A stretch of 63,888 nt of DNA, filler included, from Octopus bimaculoides (Eukaryota): NCBI RefSeq assembly GCF_001194135.2. It is 9 parts of 6 records of this genome, joined end to end, with 100 filler letters (N's around TTAATTAATTAA, not from the genome) between each part and the next. Parts side by side here need not be neighbours in the genome. Positions count along the whole stretch, not along the records: positions 11,350 to 35,025 come from NC_068991.1; positions 35,126 to 39,113 come from NC_068986.1; positions 39,214 to 47,543 come from NC_069002.1; 6 more parts are not named here. One strand, given 5' to 3'. Shown here piece after piece: positions 30,716 to 43,589 of the stretch. Both the position numbers and the translations under genes were made by a program. Every line of letters starts with the position of its first letter. Position 1 is the stretch's first letter. The notes beneath the pieces are model-generated. The model did no database searches. It was not told the DNA's origin and saw only the letters and a program-made list of their open reading frames with translations.

Positions 30716-31233
30716 GTTAGCACACCAGGCAAAATGCTCAATGGCATTTCATCCACCTGTACATTCTGAGTTCAAATTCCGCTGAGATTGACTTTGCCTT
30801 TCATCCTTTTGGAGTCAATAAAATAAGTGCCAGTTGAGCATCAAGATCAGTTTTTCTTTTTTTTCTTTTGGGGCTGATGTAATCAACTGGTCCCCTTTCC
30901 CTAAATTTCAAGCCTTGTGCCTATAATAGAAAGAATTATTATTATTACTACCTGAAGAAAGGGTCTGTGACCATGGCCTTTACAGGCCAACAAAAGTCAT
31001 ATGATTAATGTTCCTCTTGAACAATTACAAGTCAACAACTGCAGGAAAGGAATTCCATCTCAGAGAGGAATGTTTAGAAACAGAAAGGATGTCTAGCAGT
31101 AAAATTTCTATTACTCCAAGAGTATGAAATTGTTTCAATTTGATAAAAATAAAAATAAACAAAACTAACTCTTGGTATCAATGAAAATTCATAGAACAAA
31201 ACAGGAATGTGATGGGTTTTTTTAAGAATATTT

Positions 31234-31380
31234 TTAATGAAAATATATGGGTTTGTGTACAGTATCTTCCTCAACAGTGATTTTACAACTTTCATCAGTG
31301 AAAAAGATTGGTTGTTTCTTCTGCTCTTGGTTTTCACTAATTTCTTTTGGTAGTACTTTCCAAGTAAATGCACCATGGCG
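31234..31380 (-). CDS. C2orf73: C2orf73/CIMIP6-like protein, terminal exon (RHGAFTWKVLPKEISENQEQKKQPIFFTDESCKITVEEDTVHKPIYFH*)
   Basis: tttctttatcccacatgtag acceptor, phase 0. Completes the GK|RHGAF motif; TAA at 31234-31236. Confidence 0.85.
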   Translation of the reverse strand, partial: RHGAFTWKVLPKEISENQEQKKQPIFFTDESCKITVEEDTVHKPIYFH

Positions 31381-32249
31381 CTACATGTGGGATAAAGAAA
31401 TTGTTAAAATTAAATACATTGTCTATTATATTGTGTTAGTTTCTAATACCATCTCTTATCTAATTCAAGACTTCATTAAAGGAATCTGATTTTAGGTGAC
31501 CTCTTCAGTAAATTATTAGTTTATACAAGATTAAATCTGAATCTTTACTGTCAAAAAGACTAAGTCTACCTATATTCCTTCTTTCTAGCATCAGGTCAAT
31601 GAATAGCTTCTGGTAACTTTCTTGACATACAAACAATGCTTGTCATGGAAATTTTGTGTGAGATACAAAGGTAGTTTCCCTCTGCTTTCCTTTGGATGCG
31701 GTGTTCCAATGTGATATCTACTCCTTTCATCAATCAAGTAACAATCAAGCTAGACCTCCATTTTATGGGAATAGTGATGTGGTCAATTTAGTTTTCTAAT
31801 TTACCAATCTGGTGGCATTTGTGTCACTTTATGGATTGGAAATAAACCGCTGCTAACAAGATGGTAAAAAGACGTGCAAAGAAAGACAAAAGAGCCTACC
31901 ATGAGAATTGTCATCAATGATGCCAGCATGGGAAATGACATTAAATAATGATGATGATGTAGTAGTAGTAGTAGTAGTAGTAGTAGAGAAAGCTTCACAA
32001 AAAGGAAATTGCAGAATCCTGTACAATATCTCAATATTAACTGAAATATGTTCGAGTAGATCCAAACCAGTTAAAAGCACATTAGAATAGCAAATAACAA
32101 AGGCATCAGAGAAGAGAAGATGGACTGAACGCTTCCTTAAACTGTTCAGCAGGCCCCTACCCATATGCAGATCCCCATTGTCTACTCTTGCCTCCAAAAA
32201 ACATAAATGTTGAACTGCCTATAAAGAATAAAATCATAAAATCCTCCAG

Positions 32250-33300
32250 AGATGTTGAAAATCAGAAAAGCAGCAGGACCAGGTTTCCACATGAATTTGC
32301 TAGGTCACTCCCCACCCCCTACTAAAGCAAATATGGATGGAAGGCAGAGTGTTCAAGGAATGGAAGAAAGGCTATCTGATGAAAGTACCAATAAAAGTGA
32401 GAGTAAGAACTGGTGAGGTATCATGCTTCAGTCAGTATCAAGCAAGGTACTTGTGAAAATCACTTTTGAAAGACTGAAAAATTCCATACAAGGCATATTA
32501 AGAGCAGAGTAAGCATGAATTATGGAGGGATAGTTTTATAACCAGAATCTTACACTTTTGATTATCACTGAACAGTTACAAAAATAACAGGCTCCTCTCT
32601 TTCTCAGCTTCAGCTTTGGAAAAGATTTTGATAATATTAACAGGAAAGTGATTTAAGGTCTACTACACCATTACAGAATTTTCATCGTGCTCACTAATAT
32701 CATTCAGTAGTTGTATAAGGATGTCCATTGTAAAGTGATACACAATAGGAGTTGCTGAAACTGTTCCAAGTAAAATGAGGTGTGAAGCACAAGTGCTTGT
32801 TATCACCAATGATCTTGACAGCAATTTACTGGGTAATATGTCAAACTATGCAGGCTGAAAGTGCAAGTCTGCAGTAGACAGAAGAGCAGATGATTGAGGA
32901 TCTAGACTATAGAGAAGACTTCAATATTTCAAAGTCTGCCATGAAAGCAAAAGCTCTATCTAGACATTAAACCAAGAATTTTCAATAGCAATATCAAATC
33001 TGTCCTGCTGTAGCGTGCCAAGTCTGCATATATTCTCAGAAAGCTGTAGGAATTCATAAAGAGGTGCCTCTGAAATATCCTAAATATTAGATTTCTAGAA
33101 ATTATGAATAACAAAGACCTCTGGAATCCTTTGAAATGGTGGTCAATATGTTAAAAAGATCAGTGGGGAGCTTCAAACCCTCAATGCTTTTTGGCTAGGA
33201 CTGGCATACTATATAAAACATCAATCTTCAGTTTTTGTATATTAGAGGGCTCTGCTGACATTTCTTTGATTGGGCCCCATACTTCCTAGCACCAACCCTG
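32250..33300 (+). mobile_element. Very old RTE-type LINE RT remnant
   Basis: KAAGP, EWKKGYLMKVP, GIMLQSVSSKVL...ERLK and RIFNSNIKSVLL readable across stops and frameshifts. Confidence 0.6.
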
Positions 33301-33888
33301 TGTGTATATGTACCCTTGTCTTTACATGATGTGATGATTGTAAATAAGCATCATTATTCAAGCAATTTTGTTTGTTTTCAGTCTTCCATGAAAAACATGT
33401 CTGGCCATGAGGAAATATGACCTTGCATGGAAGCAAGTGAGGGTTGGTGGCAGTAAAGGCATCTGGCCAAAGATAATCTGCCTCAAGGAATTGTCTAACC
33501 TATGCAAGCATACAAAAGTGGACATTAAATGATGATGATGATGATGTGACTTAAAAGAGATTTTTCTGCTGCTTCTAGCTCTCAAGAAATCACATAGAAA
33601 TTCTGTTGTCACCATATTTCTGTTGAATTACACACTGAAACACATTACCTTTGTTTCAATTACTTTTGAAAATGAAGAATTTAGTAAAATAACTTTGTCA
33701 TTATTAAACTGGTGCTTGAAACATAAATTAACATGAAATTTTGATGGATGGTTTTATATTCTATGAAGTTTGCTTCATAGAACCAAGGGCAGATTGGTAT
33801 CAAAAGAATTAAACTCTAAAGGAACATTCACATAGAAAATATACTATCAAATGGCATAGTGAAACAATCCATAGCAATGGTAACTCAC

Positions 33889-33998
33889 CTTTCCACGGAT
33901 GGGGTAGTTTGTCTTTTTCCGACAATCATAGCAATGTTCATAGGAAATCTTTTCACTTAAACTACCATCTGTCTTGTCCCATGGGGCTTTCAGTTTGT
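33889..33998 (-). CDS. C2orf73: C2orf73/CIMIP6-like protein, internal exon (xKLKAPWDKTDGSLSEKISYEHCYDCRKKTNYPIRGK)
   Basis: ttgctattacag acceptor and AAG|gtgagt donor; 110 nt, phase 1-0. Joined to the next exon it gives ISYEHCYDCRKKTNYPIRGKRHGAF, versus recalled human C2orf73 [25 protein letters not shown]. Confidence 0.85.
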
Positions 33999-34988
33999 CT
34001 GTAATAGCAAGTAATAAACCATTGATTATTTTAATGAGACAAAGGGTTATAATTTCCTTGCTTATAAGGGAAACGTTTTACCAACTGAATAACCTAAATA
34101 TATTACTGGTGTTCACTTTATCAATTCTGAAACCACAGTCAAGACCACTTCTAATCAACAAAGGACATGATGAGCAAATGAGATAAGTGACATGTCTGTA
34201 ACTGTGCCTAGTGAAATTACAAGTTGTAGGTGATAGATGATGTCTCGAATTTTACATTGATTTTACATTGATTTTAAACCCAGATTACATATCTGCTATC
34301 TTATACCTGGTTCAGCCATTGGACTGTGGCTATGTTTGGGCACCATCTTGAAAGGTTTTTAGTCAAAAAATCTACACCAGCACTTTTTCTTTAAGGTTCT
34401 GTGGACATAAACAAAGTAACATCAATTGTCAAGTGGTATGGGATAGGGACAGACAGACCCCCCTCCACCACACACACATATATATATTCTTTTATTCTTT
34501 TACTTGTTTCAGTCATTTGACTGCAGCCATGCTGAAACACCCTCTTAAAGGTGAAGAAACTGACCCCAGGACTTATTCTTTGTAAGCGTAGCACTTATTC
34601 TATTGGCTCTTTTGTTGAACCACTAAGTTACGGGAACATAAACACCCCAGCATCAATTGTTAAGCGATGGTGGGGGAACAAACACAGACACACACACACA
34701 CACATAAATATATGTATATATATATATATATATGACGGGCTTCTTTCAGTTTCCATCAACCAAATCCACTTTGGTCGGCCTGAGGTTATAGTAGAAGACA
34801 CTTGCCCAAGGTGCCATACAGTGGGACTGAACCCGGAACCATGTGGTTGATAAGCAAGCTACTTACCACACAGCCACTCCTGCGCCTATATTACTTCTTT
34901 CAGTAAGATATTAACAGGCAAGATGCCATACAGTGGGACTGAACCTGGAACCATATGGTTGGAAAGCAAGCTTCTTGCCACACCTGTA

Positions 34989-35025
<37 letters not shown>

Positions 35026-35125
35026 NNNNNNNNNNNNNNNNNNNNNNNNNNNNNNNNNNNNNNNNNNNNTTAATTAATTAANNNNNNNNNNNNNNNNNNN
35101 NNNNNNNNNNNNNNNNNNNNNNNNN

Positions 35126-36837
35126 CACAAGCCACTGACATCACTATTCAGTCCGAGGAAAGGGACGCCACTTCTCGCTGCTAACAGACTAGCACGATGG
35201 GCCCTGTGGCTGAACCAGTTTGACTACACCATTGAATATCGGAAATCAGCAGATCATGGCAATGCTGATGCCCTCAGTCGCTTGCCATTCGGTGATGAAA
35301 ACGACTTTGACAGAAAGGAAAATGGTGAAGACATAGACATGGTGTGTGCCATCAAAGCTCTTAGTATTCAAGTCCAACCTGTGGATGCTAATCTCCTCCG
35401 TCAAGAATCAGGGAAAGATCCAGTGATATCTACTGTAATGCGCTACGTCCGTGAAGGCTGGCCACCAAAGAACATGGAGATCAATGACGAAGTCAACAAG
35501 TTCCGGAAGTTATCAAACTCACTTAGTATCTGCCATGGATGCCTTATACATGGATCTAGAGTTGTAATTCCACATAGCTTGCAGCCAAAGATCCTCAATC
35601 TTCTGCATCTTGGACATTTTGGCATGGAACGCATGAAACAGCTAGCAAGAACTGCTGTTTANNNNNNNNNNNNNNNNNNNNNNNNNNNNNNNNNNNNNNN
35701 NNNNNNNNNNNNNNNNNNNNNNNNNNNNNNNNNNNNNNNNNNNNNNNNNNNNNNNNNNNNNNNNNNNNNNNNNNNNNNNNNNNNNNNNNNNNNNNNNNNN
35801 NNNNNNNNNNNNNNNNNNNNNNNNNNNNNNNNNNNNNNNNNNNNNNNNNNNNNNNNNNNNNNNNNNNNNNNNNNNNNNNNNNNNNNNNNNNNNNNNNNNN
35901 NNNNNNNNNNNNNNNNNNNNNNNNNNNNNNNNNNNNNNNNNNNNNNNNNNNNNNNNNNNNNNNNNNNNNNNNNNNNNNNNNNNNNNNNNNNNNNNNNNNN
36001 NNNNNNNNNNNNNNNNNNNNNNNNNNNNNNNNNNNNNNNNNNNNNNNNNNNNNNNNNNNNNNNNNNNNNNNNNNNNNNNNNNNNNNNNNNNNNNNNNNNN
36101 NNNNNNNNNNNNNNNNNNNNNNNNNNNNNNNNNNNNNNNNNNNNNNNNNNNNNNNNNNNNNNNNNNNNNNNNNNNNNNNNNNNNNNNNNNNNNNNNNNNN
36201 NNNNNNNNNNNNNNNNNNNNNNTATGCACTATACTATGGACCTCGCCGAGACAAAGATCCCCGATGAGTACCAGCAATCATTAAGAAGTCATTGGGTACT
36301 CGCTGCTTTAACGTGAAGGTCATACCTCATGGCCCGATGCGGAGACGACACTGGGAACAGCTGCGACCGCGGTACACAACTGAGGAAGACAATGAACCTG
36401 GTGATGCAGAAAACACTGTATTTGAATTTGCCACAGATCACCCAATGGAGATCTCGGAAACTGTGTCACTAACTCAAAGACAAACCAGACCCAAAACCAT
36501 GTTACCCGTTCCAGAGTATGGACCAGACAACCCAAGACGGTCCAAGAGAACTCGTAAAATCCAAGAGAGGCTTTGCTGTTGAGACTTCTTGTGTAGCATC
36601 AATTTCAGTGGGGAGGTGTTATATGGACTCGTCTGAGTTCATTGCTTCATTGTTGTTGTCTTGTGGGACTGTCGTAGTAAAACGTCATTGAGATATATAT
36701 GGCGGACATGACTTTTGTTTATTCATAATGAACATTGGGTGAGTGCGTTCTTTGTATGTAATTGAATAATAAATGTAATAATTAAATTGTACAACTCGTT
36801 GTGTTATCTCTACGAGTCTTCCGAGGGAAATACAACA
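35126..36837 (+). mobile_element. Ty3/Gypsy LTR retrotransposon, 3' half (RNase H, integrase, PPT, 3' LTR)
   Basis: HKPLTSLF...ANRLARWALWLNQFDYTIEYRKSADHGNADALSRLP, then LHLGHFGMERMKQLART. After the gap: RRHWEQLRPRY to stop 36582, with an internal TGA at 36265-67. Purine tract GTGGGGAGG precedes the LTR. Confidence 0.93.
36617..36837 (+). mobile_element. 3' LTR of the Gypsy element (221 bp)
   Basis: Begins TGTT directly after the PPT, ends AACA; AATAAA at 36768-36773. Confidence 0.8.
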
Positions 36838-38047
36838 GCTACTATTGAAAGAAGATACGTGCATGATTAACAAATATTTTTACCGGCAGCGTAGCGACGG
36901 ATAAGACGTAGTAGAATATAATTAAGCGATATTTCGAAACTGGGAATCTGAGCAAGATGGTTCGAATATAAGCAGAAGTCTCGTTAGACGTTAATTTCTG
37001 AACTTTTATGTGTTGTTCTTGTTATTTTGTCCCAGGGAAGCTCTGATTAAGCTGTTCTGCGATCAAAAGCATTCTAGACCTGACAAACCATCTTTTTTTT
37101 TTTTCAATGACAACTACATTATCCAATATGTCTTTCCTTTTGAAATCGGTGGTTGCATGTGATTCGAGAGATATTTAGCTGCACTCACTATCAGGCTGAA
37201 TGATAGCGATTGAAATCCCCACTTCTTTAAGTTGCCAGCTGATAGCCATATATAGAAAATACAGTTGGCATAAAAAAAACTAACTAGAAATAATTATGTG
37301 ATGTGTATTAATTAAATGTTCAAGTATTTGAATAAATTATTTATTAACTGAATCTAATTGTTATATTTTACTAATCATTTTGGCAAGATTGGGCGACAAC
37401 TTTGGGTATAGTTTTTAATCTTATTCTGATCTCATCAGTGAAGCATAGCCTATACAAGCCGAAATAGTAATGAGAAAATCGTTAAGTAAATACAAGAATA
37501 AACACCAGTTGGTGTCGGAAAACAGATGTGCTAAGAGAATAAGCATATTGAAGATGCCATCCGCTTAAAAAACATTGGTTAATATTGGTCTCAAATCTTG
37601 GTACAAGGCCAGCAATCATAGGGATGTAAGTAAGTCGATTATATCGGCCCCAGTGCTCAAATGGTATTTATTTTATCGACTCCGAGAGGATGAAAGGTAA
37701 AGTTGACCCCGGTGGCATTTGAACTCAGAACGTAAAGTAGGAAGAAATGCCGCTAAGCATTTTGTCCGGTTCGATAACGATTCTGCTTACACGCAGCCTT
37801 AATATTAGTTAATATTTACGTGTTTAATGCAGGAAGTATTAAAAGANNNNNNNNNNNNNNNNNNNNNNNNNNNNNNNNNNNNNNNNNNNNNNNNNNNNNN
37901 NNNNNNNNNNNNNNNNNNNNNNNNNNNNNNNNNNNNNNNNNNNNNNNNNNNNNNNNNNNNNNNNNNNNNNNNNNNNNNNNNNNNNNNNNNNNNNNNNNNN
38001 NNNNNNNNNNNNNNNNNNNNNNNNNNNNNNNNNNNNNNNNNNNNNNN

Positions 38048-38651
38048 TGCACGTTAATTTCACGGGCAGGCTGTTCCGTTGATCGGATCAACTGGAACTC
38101 TCGATGTGGTAAGTGACGGAGTGCCAACAATGTATGTATGTATGTATGTATGTATGTATGTATGTATGTATGTATGTATAGCCTTAATATTAGTTAATAT
38201 TTACGTGTTTAATGCAGGAAGTATTAAAAGATTCGCTGGAAATATGCATGTGATGATGAAAAATAATATTCGTGAGGTTAGCTATCTGTAAATGAAATAA
38301 GATCAGCATTTCCTATTCAAAATATTCAAAATATTTTATATGAACTTCAGGATATCCGCTTTTACGTACGTACTTATACATGAGCGTGTTGTGCGTGTAT
38401 GTGTGTGTTTGTGTAACCATTTCTGCAGTCTCTGTTTCCTAATACTTCTTGATGATCCACTTTTGTTCACCGTTGATCAATTTTCCAGCCATATAATAGA
38501 TATCTGTAATTAAGAATAGTTATTTTATTATAGAAATAATTACTTAAAAAGAACGTACGAGAATCATAGAATTCCTGTCCTAAAAGAGAAATAAAGAAAT
38601 GAAAAGAAGATTCCACTCATATTAAGCAAATGTATGCCTACTTCTATCCGC

Positions 38652-38747
<96 letters not shown>

Positions 38748-39113
38748 TGGGGTTCATTACATTTGTTAAACAAACGTTCGTTAAAATAATCTGTGTAGCA
38801 AAGATCTGCTTCGAAAAGGAAATAGGTATTTGATGTTAATCTTAGCCAGGTGGTGCTATAGATCCTCCATCGCCTAACTTCAACGAATATCGCTGAATAT
38901 CTTCGAGAACTACATTAAGGGTACACGTGTCTGTGGAGTGCTTAGCCACTTGCACGTTAATTTCACGGGCAGGCTGTTCCGTTGATCGGATCAACTGGAA
39001 CTCTCGATGTGGTAAGTGACGGAGTGCCAACAATGTATGTATGTATGTATGTATGTATGTATGTATGTATGTATGTATGTATAGCCTTAATATTAGTTAA
39101 TATTTACGTGTTT
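38048..39113 (+). repeat. Identical duplicated block (38048-38209 = 38951-39113; flank also at 37797-37846)
   Basis: SINE 3' end + (ATGT)n + AGCCTTAATATTAGTTAATATTTACGTGTTT repeated next to N gaps. Confidence 0.8.
38564..38579 (-). CDS. Candidate terminal exon of the unidentified gene (W-TGIL*)
   Basis: Strong acceptor cttcttttcatttctttatttctcttttag; the first G completes TGG (Trp); TGA at 38564-38566; AATAAA on - at 38524-38529. Confidence 0.4.
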
Positions 39114-39420
39114 NNNNNNNNNNNNNNNNNNNNNNNNNNNNNNNNNNNNNNNNNNNNTTAATTAATTAANNNNNNNNNNNNNNNNNNNNNNNNNNNNNNN
39201 NNNNNNNNNNNNNATATATTGTATTATGCTTAGAAGTAATGCACTTAACCAGAACTTTTCAACTCAGATCCAGTAGAACCACTCCAAATTCTTGATATGT
39301 AAGATATTCATTTTTTTCTCTTGCATAATGATCTGAAACATGTGTATTATACACATTCAGAATATATTTGGTTTGGCTTTTATTATCATTTCGCTAGTGA
39401 CTTTATTATTATTATTATTT

Positions 39421-41790
39421 GACATTTGATAGTTTCAGGCAGATTTCTATTACATCACCTGCTGCACCTCTGTGTTGCTGGGATGTGTGTAGCACTGTGT
39501 GTTCTTTTCTATTGTTGGGGAAGTGCAAACTCTTCCTGGTATTATATTGCATCCATTTGTTGTGTTATGGGGTTTGGTTGCAGCCTTTTGTTGTATTGGT
39601 GTTTGTATTGTGTTGTGTGTGTAATGTTGAATTGTGTTCTTCTGTTGGGTATCTGACCTGTAGAGTATATGTAGTGGGGGTTGTTTATTTTATTGGATTT
39701 TTACTGTATAGAGTGTGTCTTGTGTTTATGGATTGTTTTATTTGGGTTTTACTAATGAATTGATAGTGTCTTGCGTAGGATGTGGGCTGTTCCTTGCAGG
39801 GCTATTTTTTGGATAGTGTGTAATGTTGAGGGTCCACTTCTATGCTTTTTTCATATGTTTCTTTGATACCCAATCCTCCGATTATTACTGAGATTGTTTT
39901 CACTTTCATGCTCCACATCTTGAATATTTCAATTTTGAGGTCTTTGTACTTTGACAATTTCTCCACCTCTTTTTGGGCAGTAATTTAATCAGAAGGGACT
40001 GCAATGTTTATAAGTAGGCAGGTGTTTTTTTTTTTGTTTTTTTTCCAATTATTGATTATTATGTCTTGGTGACTAGCTTTTATTTATTTGTCAGTTCGAA
40101 CAGGCATATCTCAGATGAATGTGATCTGGTCATTGTCATGTACCTTGTTTGGCACATTTTATACCATTTCTTATTAATTCTTATGTTGAAGAGTTGTCCA
40201 GTAGATATAACTATTTACTCAGTTGTGTCTGTATATATATATTCAGATTTGGCAAAGACTGGACAGCCAGAGATAATGTGGTCAACTGTCTCATTGTGCT
40301 GGTTGCACACTCTGCATTTGATGTTAAAGCCCATCTTCATTATTTTATTGTTTGTGGTCAGACAGTGGTTTTGTGCCACAAGAATCAGTCCTTTTGTTTC
40401 AGCTTTTAGTCCAGAGATTTTGAGCCATTGTTGGTTTTTACTTAGGCTCACTTCTTCTCTGTCAAGCTTTGGCCATGGAGTGATATTTCTCTCCATTTCT
40501 TCTTTAGTATGTTTTGTAGTTCTGTTTACATGTTTTTTGTTTCTTTGATCATCTCTGCTATGTTGTTATCTGAGATCAGTGTATCAGTGTAATTTGTTTC
40601 TGCTTTGTACTTTGGTGCCTCTTTGTGTATAGAGAAAAGCATTTTCTTTTTTTCATGTTCCTTTATTACATGTAGTAGTCTTCCATGTTTTATGTCTAAG
40701 TATTTTTCTAATCCAACTATTGTTATTTTATAGTAGTTCTCTATCTGTGTTAGGCTGTGACCTCCTTCTAATATTCTGTCTGTGTCTACTTTGGAGTGAT
40801 GACTTTGGTATGCTGTTGGTAGTTTCTCAATTCATGAATCTTCCAGTTTATAATGTTGAAGCTGTAATTTATGACTGGTATGGCTTACATGCTTATTCCT
40901 ATCTCATTTTTAACATTGAGTTCAGAGTTTAATATTAGTCTAACTCTCCTTCTGTAGTATTTTCTCCTAATTTTTTCGTTTCTGTGTTGTAATTTCACTA
41001 TTTTGTCTATTCCTAGATATTTTTATGGGCAATTGCTGTCTAATCTTCTGATTTCTGTGTCTATGTCAAGTGCAATGTTTTCAGTGCTGATTAATTTGCC
41101 TCTTCTCAATGTCACTTTGGCTCATTTGTCCAGCTTCATGCTCATCCCTATGTCCTTGCTGAAACTATGGACAATCTTTAGAAGGTTTTTCTGTTCTGTT
41201 GTATTTTCAGTGAAAATTTGAGTCATCTATGTATAGGAGATGAGTTAATGTTTGTCCACAGCATCTGTAACCCATAGTGGTTTTATTTAACAAGTTTGTA
41301 AATTGGATCAGGCAGAAAAGCAGAGGTAACTAAGAGTCTCCTAGGAAAATTCCTCTTCTTATGAGTATAGGACAGGTTTTAATAATTTGTGATCCATTTT
41401 TTAGTGTTGTGCTGATTTTCCACTTTGCCATTCATGGTTAGTATATTTTAGAAGTGTTGGAGCTACTTTATTTGGGTGGAGAGACTCCAGTATCCATAAA
41501 TGTGGAACACTGTCAAATGCTTTCTCAAATCATGTTGAGGTTTGTCTTTCTCTTTTTACAGTACTCTATAATGACTTGCTTTACCAGAAGCTACTCTTTA
41601 CAAAAATACATCTCTTTCAGACACCTTTTTGTTCTTCTGGTAAAACACTGTTTATTTTCCAGGTGTATTACAAGCCAGATATAGATAACTGACCTGAGAG
41701 TTTTGTAGGTTGTTTTGAGGTATGTTACTGGCCTATAATTTTGTGGGTGTATGGTGTCTTTGATTTTTGCAGTTAGGATGATTATTATGA
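39421..41790 (-). mobile_element. Second R4/Dong-type non-LTR element, 5'-truncated at the RT start, heavily decayed
   Basis: HPQNYRPVTYLKTTYK (RT) and ETKGLILVAQNHCL...CRVCNQHNETVDHIISGC (CCHC knuckle); (ATT)n at both flanks (39403-39420, about 41791-41821). Confidence 0.85.
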
Positions 41791-41791
41791 C

Positions 41792-41824
<33 letters not shown>

Positions 41825-42397
41825 CAGAGAACCATACAAATAGAGAGAGTGATACATACACATATATGATCTGGAGCTGTACATGCTTAACAAGGGATAT
41901 ATACAATGGAATTTACTCTGTGTGTGTGTGTGTGTGTGCACATGTGTCTGCATGCATACAGAGACAGACAAACACACATACACATATATACAAACACGTG
42001 CACACACACACACACACACACATACTGTTGCTATTATGCAAAAGTGTCATATAAGTCCAAAATATTGCTTTTTCAGAAAACGCAAAAATAGTTTCACCAT
42101 TCCATAGCAAAACCGTTGTACTACACTTTGACAATTTTTGATATCTTGGTATCTAAAGCAGCTGGAGATACAATAGTTTGACCAAAAGAACTGGCTAATG
42201 CAAGCAAAAATAAATATTGAAAAAAACACATTTGCCCAAAATTGGACATACGACAGTTTAACATTATAACAACAATACCTACTTATATACACACACACAC
42301 ACATATATATATACATATATGTATGCATGTATGTGTGAATATATGTAATTTCTAGAAGTCAGTAAGTGGAAGTCTTGAAGAGAGACAGAATCCTTAC

Positions 42398-42542
42398 CAA
42401 AATTTTCGAGGTGGTCTAGTTCTTTCCAACTCTTGTTGTCTTTTGGTTTCCAAAAGGATTTCTTCTTTTAAATGCAATTTATCAAGTCGAAGTTTAGCCA
42501 TTTGTACATTAATATTGAAAAGCTGATCTTCTCTGTTATTTG
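42398..42542 (-). CDS. Exon of an unidentified gene (xNNREDQLFNINVQMAKLRLDKLHLKEEILLETKRQQELERTRPPRKFW), coiled-coil-like
   Basis: gttactgtag acceptor and TG|gtaagg donor; 145 nt open, phase 1-2; protein-like composition. No family recognised. Confidence 0.7.
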
Positions 42543-42703
42543 CTACAGTAACATACAAGAACTTTATTTTAACACTGGTCACTTTTGTTTTGCACACACT
42601 TCCTTTCACTTTCTTTATATCTTCCCCCTCCCCCCTCTCTCTACTTCATTTCAAAAATTGATGCACCTAAATGAAAAAACATTTAGCTACAGACATATAT
42701 TCC

Positions 42704-42931
42704 TTAACCCTTTAGCATTCAAACTAGCCATATTCAGCCCAAATATTCTACCTGTTTTATGCTCAAATCAGCCAGATCCCATCTCTCACACCTACCCTAC
42801 AATGTCATTCTAAAAATCTACAATCATATTATCAAAATCCCAAAGCTACAAGATAATACATGATTAATTCAAAACAGTGTCAATGAATAAGCATTACATT
42901 TGACAAAGTAATCTGAATGCTAAAGGGTTAA
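42704..42931. mobile_element. piggyBac-type MITE, same family, opposite orientation
   Basis: Perfect TTAA TSDs (42704-07, 42928-31) and CCCTTTAGCATTCA TIRs. Confidence 0.85.
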
Positions 42932-42963
42932 GTTACTTATTCCTCTCTTGCTAGCTAACAAAA

Positions 42964-43408
42964 TTAACCCATTTGATACCAACCCAAATGTGACCACCTC
43001 TGGTTCTGATACAAATTTCTTGTTTTAAAATGATCTAAATTTAATCCTTTAGCATTCAGATTACTCTGTCAAATGTAATGCTTTTTAATTCACATTGATT
43101 TGAATTAACCATGCATTATCTTATAGTTCTGAGATTTCGTTGATGTGATTGCTTATTTTTACAATGACATTGTTAGGGAGGTGCGAGATGCCAGATCTGG
43201 CCAGTCTGGATATAAAACAGGAAGAAAATTTTAGGCCAGATATGGCCAATTTAAATGCTAAAAGGTTAAACTTCTATAAAAATTTCATGTTAATTGATGT
43301 TCAAAAGATCAGATTAATTATTACAAAGTTATTTTACTAAATTCTTTATTTCAAAAATTAATTCAAAGACAGTGTATTTTAACAGAAATACAGTAATGAG
43401 TGGATTAA
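42964..43408. mobile_element. piggyBac-type MITE of a second family containing a nested first-family MITE at 43041-43269
   Basis: The host begins TTAACCCATTTGATACC, and its uninterrupted relatives lie at about 22790-22900 and 33600-33780. The insert has TTAA at 43041-44 and 43266-69. Confidence 0.7.
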
Positions 43409-43589
43409 GACCAAAATTCTAAGGGGATGCATAATAAATGAGGTGAATGTCTTAATATTCATATCTCAGTGTAAACATTAATATTTATAACTCATTAATG
43501 TCTATAGCTGAGATACAGTATTACTCATCATATAACATGTAATGTTGGGAATGTACTTTCACCCCTAAATACAATAATTCAGATTTATA

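Noticed and set aside
39250-39332. Candidate missing C2orf73-like exon (HYAREKNEYLTYQEFGVVLLDL)
   Set aside because: All three frames stop before the only reasonable donor; similarity to GIVP is too weak.
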